A DNA stretch of 64,000 bases, taken from an uncultured delta proteobacterium. Lineage in GTDB: Bacteria; Desulfobacterota; Binatia; Binatales; Binataceae. This document shows, one piece after another, positions 55,258 to 64,000 of the stretch. Numbering within the stretch: position 1 is the stretch's first letter; each line of letters starts with the position of its first letter. A program made the position numbers and the translations under genes. Location of the stretch: assembly GCA_963711565.1 (NCBI GenBank), contig CAVQEQ010000003.1, forward strand, positions 288,001 to 352,000, given 5' to 3'. The notes under the pieces are model-generated. The model did not search any database. It was not told the origin of the DNA and was given only the letters and a program-made list of their open reading frames with translations.

Positions 55258-57543
55258 TCAAAGTGAAGCGGGTCGTGGGGAGCTGGGAATATCCGCCAGA
55301 TAGCGATTCAACTCAGAGAATAGCAGCTCAAGTCGTCGCATCGATTGGAGTTCCGCCATCATCGTGCGGCGCGGATCGAGCGGCCACGATGCCAATCGGG
55401 CAAACCCATTCTCCTCCAAGCGTGAACTGAACTCGTTGAGTGGTTCCGTCAACTCGTCGGCTGAATGTTTCTGCGCGATCGCACGAGCGGCGGAAGCGCT
55501 GAGCCATTCGGCGCCGCTAAAGAAATCCTGCCACGAGATAAGCTGCTCACGAATCGCGTTGGAGAGCCGCTCACGCGCAGACTCGGTTGCCGGGTCGAGT
55601 TGCGGCATTTGAGTAAGAACCCGCGCGGTCGCGATCGAAGACAGCAGGTTTGCAATCCGGCGAAGAGTCCCGGCCGCTTCGACGATCCCATCATGGTAAA
55701 CGGCGCAGGTACGTCCTTCCATCCGCGCGTCTTCGGCGATCTCGAGGAACTCGGTCAGCACGCCCATCGTTTCGGAGTTCGTCTTCAGGATTTCATCCTC
55801 GCTGCTCGAAGCTGAACCGCCTGGCGCCAGCGCGAGCATATTGGCAAGGACTCTTCGCAGCCTCGGCAACAGGGAATCACCGGCGTATTCCGGCCACAGG
55901 GTAAAGAAGACGATCGCAACGACAAAGTCACCAAGCAGCACGCCCCAAATGCGCCAAAGAGGCTCGTAGATATCGACAGATGGGCTCAACCCAACGAAGA
56001 TCAACGAAAAAATGAACCCCATTTGCTTGCCCGCGTACGAAATCCTTGAATTGCCGAGTGAAAAATATGCAAACAGATAGAAGACCGCGAAGGCCGCAAG
56101 CATGTAGGCTGGGAGGGTGTCGAAGTTCGGCGAAATTATAATGATCGCGAGAAGGGAAACCGCTCCTCCGATAACAAATCCGGCGATTCGGAGGTACATC
56201 TTGTGCAGCGTTGCGCCATAGGTGGGAGTCGCGATGGTTATTACGGTCACGAGGATAGTGAATAACTCCGGACGCCGACTGGTGAGGCCGATTACATAGC
56301 AGAGCACGACGCATAAGCCGACTTTCAGGCTATAACGCACAGCCGCAGAATCTGCACCGTTGGTGAATCGAGGCACAGGACTGTTTGACAGATCCGCCGT
56401 CGTGGGCCGCGGAGGTTCATCCAGTGGGCGCTCGATGTGCTTGGCCAGCACAGCCAGCGAATCGATGAATTCCGCGAAATTTTCGATTTCCGCAGAAGTG
56501 GCATTGCCTATGTATGCTGGTCTCATCTCAATCACGCGCGCGGCCAGAGTGTCCATAGCCTGGCGCAGACGCGTCCGCGTGTCAGACGCTTGCTCGTCCG
56601 CACCTGTAGCAATGCGCGCCAGAAGGTTGTGGGAGATCTCGTCGAGCGCGGCGGCGATAGCATTTACCGCCCTTTGAATTTCGCCCGGAACCATCGTGCG
56701 AATTACTCGAGGCAGGTTCTCGCGCGCCGTCGCGATTAGGCGATCCACTTCGAGACTGATACGAGCGGCGCGCGTGATCGCAGCAAGCAGGAGCGCGCGG
56801 CGATGCTCGGACGCGCCCTCGGCCAACGCTTGATTAAGAAGGGTCATATGTGCAGGTAGGTCGGAAGTCGCTGCCGGCAATGGCGGTCGAGGTACGCTTT
56901 CGCCGGCGAGAAAAAAGTTCGCAGCCCCGAGAAGCTGCGAACGGGCACGCGCGACGCTCGCTCCGAGAGACTCCATGAGGATCGGCTCGCCCGGGTCCGA
57001 CCACAACCAGTTGTCGAACAGAACGATCACGCCCAAGGCAATCGCGCTGGCGTCGAACGAGGCTGCTGCAGTCCAACCGATTTCCTGAGGTCCAAACACA
57101 ACGTCGTAGAATGTAATGAGGCAGACTATCTGTATAAGGATCAGGCCCGCGCCAAACTTGCGCGTCGCTCCCACGTAGGTTGAAAATGAAATCCACGCGA
57201 AGACAAACGGCAGCATCAACCATGGCGTCTCCGCGAATGCGCGCGCCATCACCACCGATGTGATTAGCGCGAGCATCACCGCGATTTGCCATGCCAGCGC
57301 CTTGCGAATGGACATCATCGGTCCCGCGCCGACAAGGAGCCAGACAATTACCGCGTCGAGCTTACTGTTGACGTGACAGCTAGCGTCCAGCGCAATCGCG
57401 ATTGTCACAATCGTGGCGATGCGTAAGGCGGTGCGAATCTTCCGGGCGCTGGGAGCAATTTCGTGTGCTACCAGCGCTTCGAATCGATCCAACCAGGCAA
57501 ATGGCCGTTGGATGCCGACCTGTCGCTCTATGAATCCTGCCAC
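55258..57543 (-). CDS. FUSC-family (aromatic acid exporter) membrane protein
   Basis: Two TM bundles; RYSLKVGL, LRIAGFVIGG, WRIWGVLLG...LWP. Confidence 0.82.
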   Translation of the reverse strand: MAGFIERQVGIQRPFAWLDRFEALVAHEIAPSARKIRTALRIATIVTIAIALDASCHVNSKLDAVIVWLLVGAGPMMSIRKALAWQIAVMLALITSVVMARAFAETPWLMLPFVFAWISFSTYVGATRKFGAGLILIQIVCLITFYDVVFGPQEIGWTAAASFDASAIALGVIVLFDNWLWSDPGEPILMESLGASVARARSQLLGAANFFLAGESVPRPPLPAATSDLPAHMTLLNQALAEGASEHRRALLLAAITRAARISLEVDRLIATARENLPRVIRTMVPGEIQRAVNAIAAALDEISHNLLARIATGADEQASDTRTRLRQAMDTLAARVIEMRPAYIGNATSAEIENFAEFIDSLAVLAKHIERPLDEPPRPTTADLSNSPVPRFTNGADSAAVRYSLKVGLCVVLCYVIGLTSRRPELFTILVTVITIATPTYGATLHKMYLRIAGFVIGGAVSLLAIIIISPNFDTLPAYMLAAFAVFYLFAYFSLGNSRISYAGKQMGFIFSLIFVGLSPSVDIYEPLWRIWGVLLGDFVVAIVFFTLWPEYAGDSLLPRLRRVLANMLALAPGGSASSSEDEILKTNSETMGVLTEFLEIAEDARMEGRTCAVYHDGIVEAAGTLRRIANLLSSIATARVLTQMPQLDPATESARERLSNAIREQLISWQDFFSGAEWLSASAARAIAQKHSADELTEPLNEFSSRLEENGFARLASWPLDPRRTMMAELQSMRRLELLFSELNRYLADIPSSPRPASL

Positions 57544-57640
57544 GCGATCGTTTACCCGGTACGAGAGTGCGATGCCGCCGCCCGCGCATTAGTTGCAACT
57601 GGGCCTCGATGCGCGACTTGTTTCGAGCTTTACCGATGTC

Positions 57641-59722
57641 TTACCCAGGGCGGTTGCCGGCCAGGATAGATTTGGCAACTTTGACAATGTGCTCTGGAGT
57701 AAAGCCCAGCTCACGCATCACGATTTCACCCGGCGCCGAAGCACCGAAGCGGTTCAGCCCGATGATTGCGCCTTCGAGTCCCACGTAGCGCTCCCACCCT
57801 AGCGGGGAACCTGCCTCGACACTGACTCGCGCTTTGACGCCGGGAGGAAGAACCATGTCCTTGTAGGATTGCGGCTGCGCCTGAAACAGATCCCAACACG
57901 GCATCGAGACCACCCGGCTGGCAACTCCCTCACGAGTCAGTTGGTTGTGCGCCTCGAGCGCGATCGAAACTTCGGAACCGGTAGCGATGAGGATGAGCTT
58001 GGGCGGACCTGCAGCGCAGTCGGCAAGGACGTAAGCTCCTTTTGCCGTTCCCGCAGCGGGGGCCAGCGCACTGCGGTCAAAAATGGGCAACTTCTGGCGC
58101 GTAAACACCAGCCCCACCGGCCCCTCAGTATGCGCCACCGCGATCTTCCACGCTTCGACTGTCTCGTTGGCGTCGGCTGGACGCAGAAGCATTAGATCGG
58201 GAATCGCGCGCAGGCTTGCCAGTTGTTCCACCGGCTGATGCGTGGGTCCGTCCTCGCCCAAGCCGATGCTGTCGTGGGTCCACACGTAGATCACGTGGGC
58301 CTTACTCAAAGCAGCCAGTCGGATGCTCGGCCGCATGTAGTCGGAAAACGTAAAGAAGGTCGCGGCGTAAGGCAGGATGCCGCCATGCAGGGCCATGCCC
58401 GTGGCGATTGCGGCCATGGCGTGCTCGCGAATGCCGAAATGGATGTTGCGCCCCGCGTACCCCAATGGACCGCCCACCATTCCCTGGGTAGGGGGCGCAC
58501 CTGCGGGCGGCTTAAACTCGGGGCTCTCGAAATCGCCCTTGCCCTTGAGCGCGGTGCGTGTCGACGGATCGAGGTCGCCCGATCCACCGATCAAGTTGGG
58601 TATCACCTCGGCCAACGCGACGATGGTTTTCTGTCCGGCGTCGCGCGTCGCCATCGCGCCATCCGCAGGCGTGAACCGGGGAAGGGCCGCATCCCATCCC
58701 TTGGGCAGTTCACCGGCGAGCGTCTGCCGAAGCTTGTCAGCCAAATCCGGATCGGCAGCGCGCAAACCATCCACGCGTCGATGCCAATCCGCCTCGAGGT
58801 CGCGGCCTTTTTCCACCGACCTGCGAAACTGGGCCAAGGCCTCGTCGGGAATGTAGAAAGTCTTGTCTTCAGGCCAACCCAGCGCCCGCTTGGTTAATCG
58901 CACCTCTTCGACGCCCAAGGGCTCGCCGTGCGCCTCAAAAGTATCGTGCTTATGCGGACTGCCATAGCCGATATGGGTGCGCGCCACGATTAGCGACGGC
59001 CGGTCCTCCACCGCCTTGGCCTTGGTTAAGGCACTATCAACCGCGGCAATATCCATCCCGTCGATATGCTCGACATGCCATCCATAAGCCTGGAATCGCG
59101 CGCCTACGTCTTCGGTGAAGGTAACGTCGGCGCTGGCCGAGAGGGTGATCTGGTTGGCGTCGTAGAGCACGATCAATCGCCCGAGCCGAAACTGACCCGC
59201 TATCGAGGCAGCTTCGGCCGCGACGCCTTCCATCATGTCGCCGTCGCTGGCCATCACATACGTATGGTGATTCACCACTTCGTGGCCCGGCCGATTGAAG
59301 GTGGCTGCCAGCCAGCGCTCCGCGATTGCCAATCCCACCGCGTTCCCAACACCTTGACCCAGCGGACCCGTCGTAACTTCTGCTCCGGGCACCACACCAT
59401 ACTCGGGATGTCCCGGAGTGCGGCTCCCCCATTGGCGGAATTGCTTGATATCGTCCATGCCAAGGTCGTATCCAGTCAGGAACAGCATGCTGTAGAGCAG
59501 CATGCTGGCGTGTCCCGCCGACAGGACGAACCGATCGCGATCGGGCCATTTGGGGTTGGCGGGACTATGCCGGAGATGGCGCGTCCACAAGACGTACGCC
59601 ATCGGGGCCGCGCCCAGCGGCATTCCCGGATGTCCCGAGTTCGCTTTCTGGACCGCGTCGATCGAGAGCGTCCGGATAGTGTTAATGCATAAATCGTCGA
59701 TTGGCTGAATCGTCGTAGTCAT
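57641..59722 (-). CDS. tkt: Transketolase
   Basis: [49 protein letters not shown]. Confidence 0.96.
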   Translation of the reverse strand: MTTTIQPIDDLCINTIRTLSIDAVQKANSGHPGMPLGAAPMAYVLWTRHLRHSPANPKWPDRDRFVLSAGHASMLLYSMLFLTGYDLGMDDIKQFRQWGSRTPGHPEYGVVPGAEVTTGPLGQGVGNAVGLAIAERWLAATFNRPGHEVVNHHTYVMASDGDMMEGVAAEAASIAGQFRLGRLIVLYDANQITLSASADVTFTEDVGARFQAYGWHVEHIDGMDIAAVDSALTKAKAVEDRPSLIVARTHIGYGSPHKHDTFEAHGEPLGVEEVRLTKRALGWPEDKTFYIPDEALAQFRRSVEKGRDLEADWHRRVDGLRAADPDLADKLRQTLAGELPKGWDAALPRFTPADGAMATRDAGQKTIVALAEVIPNLIGGSGDLDPSTRTALKGKGDFESPEFKPPAGAPPTQGMVGGPLGYAGRNIHFGIREHAMAAIATGMALHGGILPYAATFFTFSDYMRPSIRLAALSKAHVIYVWTHDSIGLGEDGPTHQPVEQLASLRAIPDLMLLRPADANETVEAWKIAVAHTEGPVGLVFTRQKLPIFDRSALAPAAGTAKGAYVLADCAAGPPKLILIATGSEVSIALEAHNQLTREGVASRVVSMPCWDLFQAQPQSYKDMVLPPGVKARVSVEAGSPLGWERYVGLEGAIIGLNRFGASAPGEIVMRELGFTPEHIVKVAKSILAGNRPG

Positions 59723-59841
59723 GATTCCTCTGAACCGTGAGCAATATCACGTTCCGCGTCCAGATCACGGGCCGCAGACAATTGTGTGACCAGTGAGGAA
59801 GAGAAAAGTGATCGCGAGTCAGGCGTCGCGCTCGTGTTCAA

Positions 59842-60342
59842 CTATGCCTTGACTTCCCGCAATCTGCCCGTGTCCACGTCGAAAATGACGCCGCGCACGG
59901 GGACCTCTTTGGCAATCCAGGGATGCGACCTGACTTTCTTGATCTGCTCCCGGGTATTTTGCTCGGGGTCCTTATAGGAGAAGAAGCGCATTGGAGCCGG
60001 CGAAGCATCGCCGGTCGAAGCGCTCAGCTTCGCGTTCAGCTCGTCATCCGTGAATGTCGTAAACCCGCAGCCGGTGTGGTTGAGCAGCAGTATCTCTGTG
60101 GTCCCGAGTATACGGTTGGAAACAACAAGTTCCCCGAGAACATCTTCTGTTACGGCTGGTCCGCCGGTTCGGATGACGTCTAAATCGGCTTGCGGCAGAC
60201 CCAAGATTCCAGGGAGGTCCGAGAGCCGTGGATCCATGCAGGTTACAACTGCGATTTTGGGGGCCGGACGCTTCCCCATCTTCGGATCGTAGTTTTTTGC
60301 ATAGTTGCTGTTTGCTTCCAGCGCCTTATCGATAATGCTCAT
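59842..60342 (-). CDS. Beta-class carbonic anhydrase
   Basis: TCMDPRL and HTGCG zinc ligands; start moved to ATG 60342 (AGGAGG RBS). Confidence 0.9.
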   Translation of the reverse strand: MSIIDKALEANSNYAKNYDPKMGKRPAPKIAVVTCMDPRLSDLPGILGLPQADLDVIRTGGPAVTEDVLGELVVSNRILGTTEILLLNHTGCGFTTFTDDELNAKLSASTGDASPAPMRFFSYKDPEQNTREQIKKVRSHPWIAKEVPVRGVIFDVDTGRLREVKA

Positions 60343-60552
60343 CGTGTTCCTCCTGACAGGCGAACGGTGCGGCCAAGCCCGTTTTTGTAGTGTCGCTCTC
60401 CCGACCGTATATGGCAAACCCCAAGCTGGCGGTGGCCGGATTCTGGCAGATGGCACCATTGCCGAGCGCGTTGGCCGGCACGATTGGTCATTCCTCGGAG
60501 AGCTTTGTTACAATCGACTCAGAATGCGATTTTGCACCGAGGCAATGATTTT

Positions 60553-61494
60553 ATGAGTGACGCCGACGGCCTTCGCTATACAAAGATACCGCTCAATAAC
60601 GGCTCCGATCATATTCCGGCGCTCGGCTTTGGCACGCTGATTCCTGATCCGATCGCAACAAAAGAGGCAGTCAAGATCTCGCTGGCAGCGGGCTTTCGTC
60701 AATTCGATTGCGCCGAGCGGTACCGCAATGAAGAACAGGTGGGCGAGGCAATGCGGGCGGTGTTCAAGGAGGGCAAGGTCAGACGGGAGGACGTTTTTGT
60801 AGGAACGAAGCTCTGGAACAACAATCATCGTCCCGAACGCGTCAGACCCGCCTTCGACGCAAGTCTGAAAAGACTGCAACTCGACTATGTCGATCTATAC
60901 AGCACCCATACTCCGTTCGCTTTCAAACCCGGCGACGAGCAAGACCCGCGAGACAAGAACGGTAATGTGATCTATGACGAGGCGACGACTCTGACGAATA
61001 CCTGGAAGGCTTTGGAGAGCCTGGTGGACGAAGGCAGGTGCAAGGCGATCGGATTGTCGAACGTCTATTTGGGACAGCTGAAAGAAGTGTTCGATAGCGC
61101 TCGCGTAAAGCCGGCTGTTGTTCAGGTCGAATCGCATCCATATCTACCTGAATGGGAGCTGCTCAACTATTGCAAGAAGAATGGCATCGTGATGCAGGCC
61201 TTCGCGGCGTTGGGTCATGGTATTGAACCCAAGTTGATCGACGATCCTGTGATCACCGCCATTGCGAAGCGCGTCAACAAAACCCCCGCTCAAGTCCTAT
61301 TGGCCTGGGCGGTGCAGCGCGGCACGGCTCCTCTCACCACAGCCACCAGCCTCCGCCATATCGAGGAAAATTTTGATATCTCGACTCTTCCCGATAACGC
61401 TATCGAAGAGATCACTCAAGGGATCAGTACGCGAGTCAGGCTCAATTCGGTTGTTGCCACTGGCATCCCGGGGTTCATTCCCAAGGGAAGATAA
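60553..61494 (+). CDS. Aldo/keto reductase
   Basis: IPALGFGT, DCAERYRNE, TKLW, IGLSN, QVESHPY; start moved to ATG 60553. Confidence 0.92.
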   Translation: MSDADGLRYTKIPLNNGSDHIPALGFGTLIPDPIATKEAVKISLAAGFRQFDCAERYRNEEQVGEAMRAVFKEGKVRREDVFVGTKLWNNNHRPERVRPAFDASLKRLQLDYVDLYSTHTPFAFKPGDEQDPRDKNGNVIYDEATTLTNTWKALESLVDEGRCKAIGLSNVYLGQLKEVFDSARVKPAVVQVESHPYLPEWELLNYCKKNGIVMQAFAALGHGIEPKLIDDPVITAIAKRVNKTPAQVLLAWAVQRGTAPLTTATSLRHIEENFDISTLPDNAIEEITQGISTRVRLNSVVATGIPGFIPKGR

Positions 61495-61516
61495 ACGTTC
61501 GAGCCGGGATTTCGCG

Positions 61517-61620
61517 GAACCTAACCCCTAACCCTTTGCCTCGAGGGAAGGGGGACCGGAGGGCGGGTGCGGAATCTTTAGACCTCTCCCCTAACCCCTC
61601 TCCCTTCTGGAGAGGGGAAC
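61517..61620. repeat. Two REP-like hairpins with CCTAACCCCTAACCC leaders
   Basis: gaacctaacccctaaccctttgcctcgagggaagggg resembles 42745-42784; second copy at 61583-61619. Confidence 0.7.
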
Positions 61621-61654
61621 AAAGGACGCGTTCTGCGCGACCGCTTACCTAATT

Positions 61655-63682
61655 CTACTTTGGGGCTTTGCCGGTTCCTGATAACTCTACGGACTGGGGC
61701 GAAGTTGTCAGGTTGTCGTAGATCATCAGTTCGCCGATCTGTCGCGTCGTGTCGGGTGGGGTGAAGGTTACCTTTACCTTGCAGGTTTTGCCGGGATCTA
61801 GCGTTGTGGCGCATTCCGATTTTATCGTGAAGACCGACGGCGTTGCGGTTTCCATCGCGATGCTTACGGCTACGCCCGTCTTTTTCTTGTTCGTATTTTT
61901 GAGCGTTACGGTCTGGGACTTGCTGGGTGTTCCGACTATCACCTTGCTGCCGAATGAGAGCGAAGCGGGAATTATGCTCAGCCGATTTCTTTCACCGCCG
62001 GGGAACAATCCGAATACAGCGAGCTGGGTTTGCGTACCCATGTAGACCGCGCCGTTGGCTACCGTCGGATTGGTGAACTTTACCGCCGGTCCGGGATCAT
62101 CCGAGTTGAACTGGTTGCTGTTGTATAGCTCGTTATTCAGGCTGGCCGCATCGAAGGCGTAGAGAATCGCGGGACCGGCCGATTTCCATGCCGTACTATC
62201 GATCGCCCACAGGATGCCGCCGGTGGTGCCGTTGGCTGAGATGACCGGCGACGCGCCGGGGAATCCAAAGGTGTGGTTCGCGGCCGAGGCCCACGGCGTC
62301 TTGATCAATCCATTGGAGAGAACGAACATCTTCGGCTGATCGTTCACGCCGACCGTGTAGATCATGTTCCGCGCGCCGGCCTTCTTTACCGTTCCATTCC
62401 AGTACGCAGGCGTACTGAACATCCCACCGATCTGGCCGTTCAGTTGCTGCACCATCTCGTTCATGCTCGCGTTGAATCCACCCATCGCGTCGCGATTGAC
62501 AAGATAGATCGTTCCCAGCTTGCCGACGCCGATCATCAGATGAGGGTTGGGCCCGGGCTGATCGGGCAGCAACAGGTTGCCGCCCGAGCCCATGTCCAGA
62601 TCGTCGTCGTCGAGGAGCAACTCGTCCAGCGGTGTGAAAAAGGTGTTGACCGTGAATGAACCGGGCGTGCCGAGGACGGGCGTCAGCCTAAGAAAGCTGT
62701 CGCCGTAATCGACCGGCGACGCGCCGGTATCGAAGTCCCCGTTGCCGGTGATCGCGATTAAATCGCCGTTGGTATCGACGCCGGGACCGCATCCCGCCTC
62801 CCAGATGCCGGCCTGCTGGCCGTTGGGTGTAGTGTTGAACACAGCCACCTGCGCCAGGGTGGTCTCGTCGTAGCCGAGAATCCATCCGTGGTAGGGCTGA
62901 ACGTCGCAATGCGAGGCGAAGGTCAAATAGACGACGCCGTTCGCGAGCGTCAGCGCGGGCCGATCGTGCTGCAGCAGAGGATCGAACGTGATTACGCCGT
63001 CAACGCTGTCCTCTCCAGTTCCCGGCACGCTCGCCGTAATCGTGACGGGACTGTTCGGCTTTATTTCAAACCCAGTCGTGATATCCAGCGCGTGAAGCTG
63101 TTGCTGATACTCACCGGGACCGAGCTTGACCTTGGAAAGGACGTAGAGCGTCCCGGTGTCGGGGTCAATCACGGGCGTCGCCGTAATCCCAATCATGGGG
63201 GTGATGTCGGTGCATGACGATCCGAGATCGGGCTGCGGCACCGGGGTAATTCCATCGGCGGGATCGATGAAGCTCGTTTGCCATAGCGGAGGACCCGGGG
63301 CGTCAGCGTCAAAGGCGTAGACGCTGTCGTTCTCGGTCGCGACGTATACGACGTTGTGCGTGCCCTGGCCCGGAATCTCGACCGCCGGGACGTAGAGCGG
63401 CTGCGCATAGGCCTCGCCGTCAAGCGCGTCGGTGAAGAGCAGACCGAATTTCGACGCGGTGACGGTAGAGGGAGTCAGCACGCTCTCCGCGAGGTTTTGA
63501 CCGGTGCGAAAATTATCGTTGCGGTAAAGGTATTGCCCGGTGTAACCTGGCTCCAGCGCGCGCGCCGAGCGCGATTGCGCCGCCGCGGACGTCGCGCGGC
63601 AAATCAGGCCGATGCCTGAGATAAGTGCGACGAGCGCAGCGCTCAAACCCAGTCGGAACGATCGCTCCGTCACCTTCCCCAC
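61655..63682 (-). CDS. Secreted PQQ-like beta-propeller protein with a C-terminal Ig-like (ASH/choice-of-anchor D-like) domain
   Basis: Signal peptide; RTGQNLAESVLTP, YAQPLY, VYVATENDSVYAFDAD; C-terminal SLSFGS...CKVKVTFTP...VELSGTG. Confidence 0.8.
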   Translation of the reverse strand: MGKVTERSFRLGLSAALVALISGIGLICRATSAAAQSRSARALEPGYTGQYLYRNDNFRTGQNLAESVLTPSTVTASKFGLLFTDALDGEAYAQPLYVPAVEIPGQGTHNVVYVATENDSVYAFDADAPGPPLWQTSFIDPADGITPVPQPDLGSSCTDITPMIGITATPVIDPDTGTLYVLSKVKLGPGEYQQQLHALDITTGFEIKPNSPVTITASVPGTGEDSVDGVITFDPLLQHDRPALTLANGVVYLTFASHCDVQPYHGWILGYDETTLAQVAVFNTTPNGQQAGIWEAGCGPGVDTNGDLIAITGNGDFDTGASPVDYGDSFLRLTPVLGTPGSFTVNTFFTPLDELLLDDDDLDMGSGGNLLLPDQPGPNPHLMIGVGKLGTIYLVNRDAMGGFNASMNEMVQQLNGQIGGMFSTPAYWNGTVKKAGARNMIYTVGVNDQPKMFVLSNGLIKTPWASAANHTFGFPGASPVISANGTTGGILWAIDSTAWKSAGPAILYAFDAASLNNELYNSNQFNSDDPGPAVKFTNPTVANGAVYMGTQTQLAVFGLFPGGERNRLSIIPASLSFGSKVIVGTPSKSQTVTLKNTNKKKTGVAVSIAMETATPSVFTIKSECATTLDPGKTCKVKVTFTPPDTTRQIGELMIYDNLTTSPQSVELSGTGKAPK

Positions 63683-63866
63683 CGAATTGATCTGTCGCGT
63701 TTCGCACGCATTCTAATGAGGTAAGCGCGGCGCGTCCATCACCGTTTCCCGTCCGACGGCGCCCTCTGACCGCGCACACAAAATTCATACTTGCTTATTG
63801 GCAAAGATAAATCGTACCTATCAGGGTGCATTCAGGAACGATACGCAAGAACGGGAGGTACGGCCG

Positions 63867-64000
63867 ATGATCACTCAATCGTCGAAGCGATCGATTGTCA
63901 TTGCGACATTGGCGCTACTGATGGCCTGCGCGACTGAATCGCGCGCACAAATCAGCAGCTATATTCCGTCTGCGCCGGGTCAGGCGGCGCAGGCACTCAC
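63867..64000 (+). CDS. Secreted protein, partial, runs off the right edge
   Basis: GGGAGG RBS, ATG 63867, signal peptide MITQSSKRSIVIATLALLMACATESRAQ. Confidence 0.6.
   Translation, partial: MITQSSKRSIVIATLALLMACATESRAQISSYIPSAPGQAAQAL

Overview
High-GC bacterial chromosomal segment. The gene style tentatively suggests a soil or subsurface lineage such as Candidatus Binatota, but this cannot be verified here. Bases 1 to ~14190 are the right-hand part of a tyrosine-integrase island whose other end lies left of the window. The island is inserted in the anticodon loop of the host tRNA-Leu(UAA): only the 5' half remains (14184-14223) and it is not repaired at this junction. Directly behind the integrase, the island carries its own complete tRNA-Leu(UAA), interrupted by a 269-nt group I intron at that same anticodon loop. 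Island cargo includes a HigBA-type TA pair, a TIGR02391/HEPN-like protein and a type IIG restriction-modification fusion. It also carries an operon of sigma-70-like factor, 213-aa partner and an IrrE-peptidase/UvrD-helicase/degenerate-nuclease fusion. That operon precedes a ubiquitin-like ORF missed by the ORF track, and both units share a TTTCCGG-N15/16-CGATYA promoter-like motif (three tandem copies before the Ubl gene). The rest is mostly housekeeping and metabolic genes: sulfatase, RNase II, rnhB, LLM oxidoreductases, an aa3-type cytochrome c oxidase operon, acyl-CoA ligase, greA, hydroxyacyl-CoA dehydrogenase, FTR1, EmrAB/FUSC efflux, tkt, carbonic anhydrase and an aldo/keto reductase. 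Scattered among them are a doubled rnhB-tetR variable slot, an inverted-repeat-flanked peptidase gene, TA modules, two frameshifted genes and several REP-like repeat families. All family calls come from motif recognition, not database searches.
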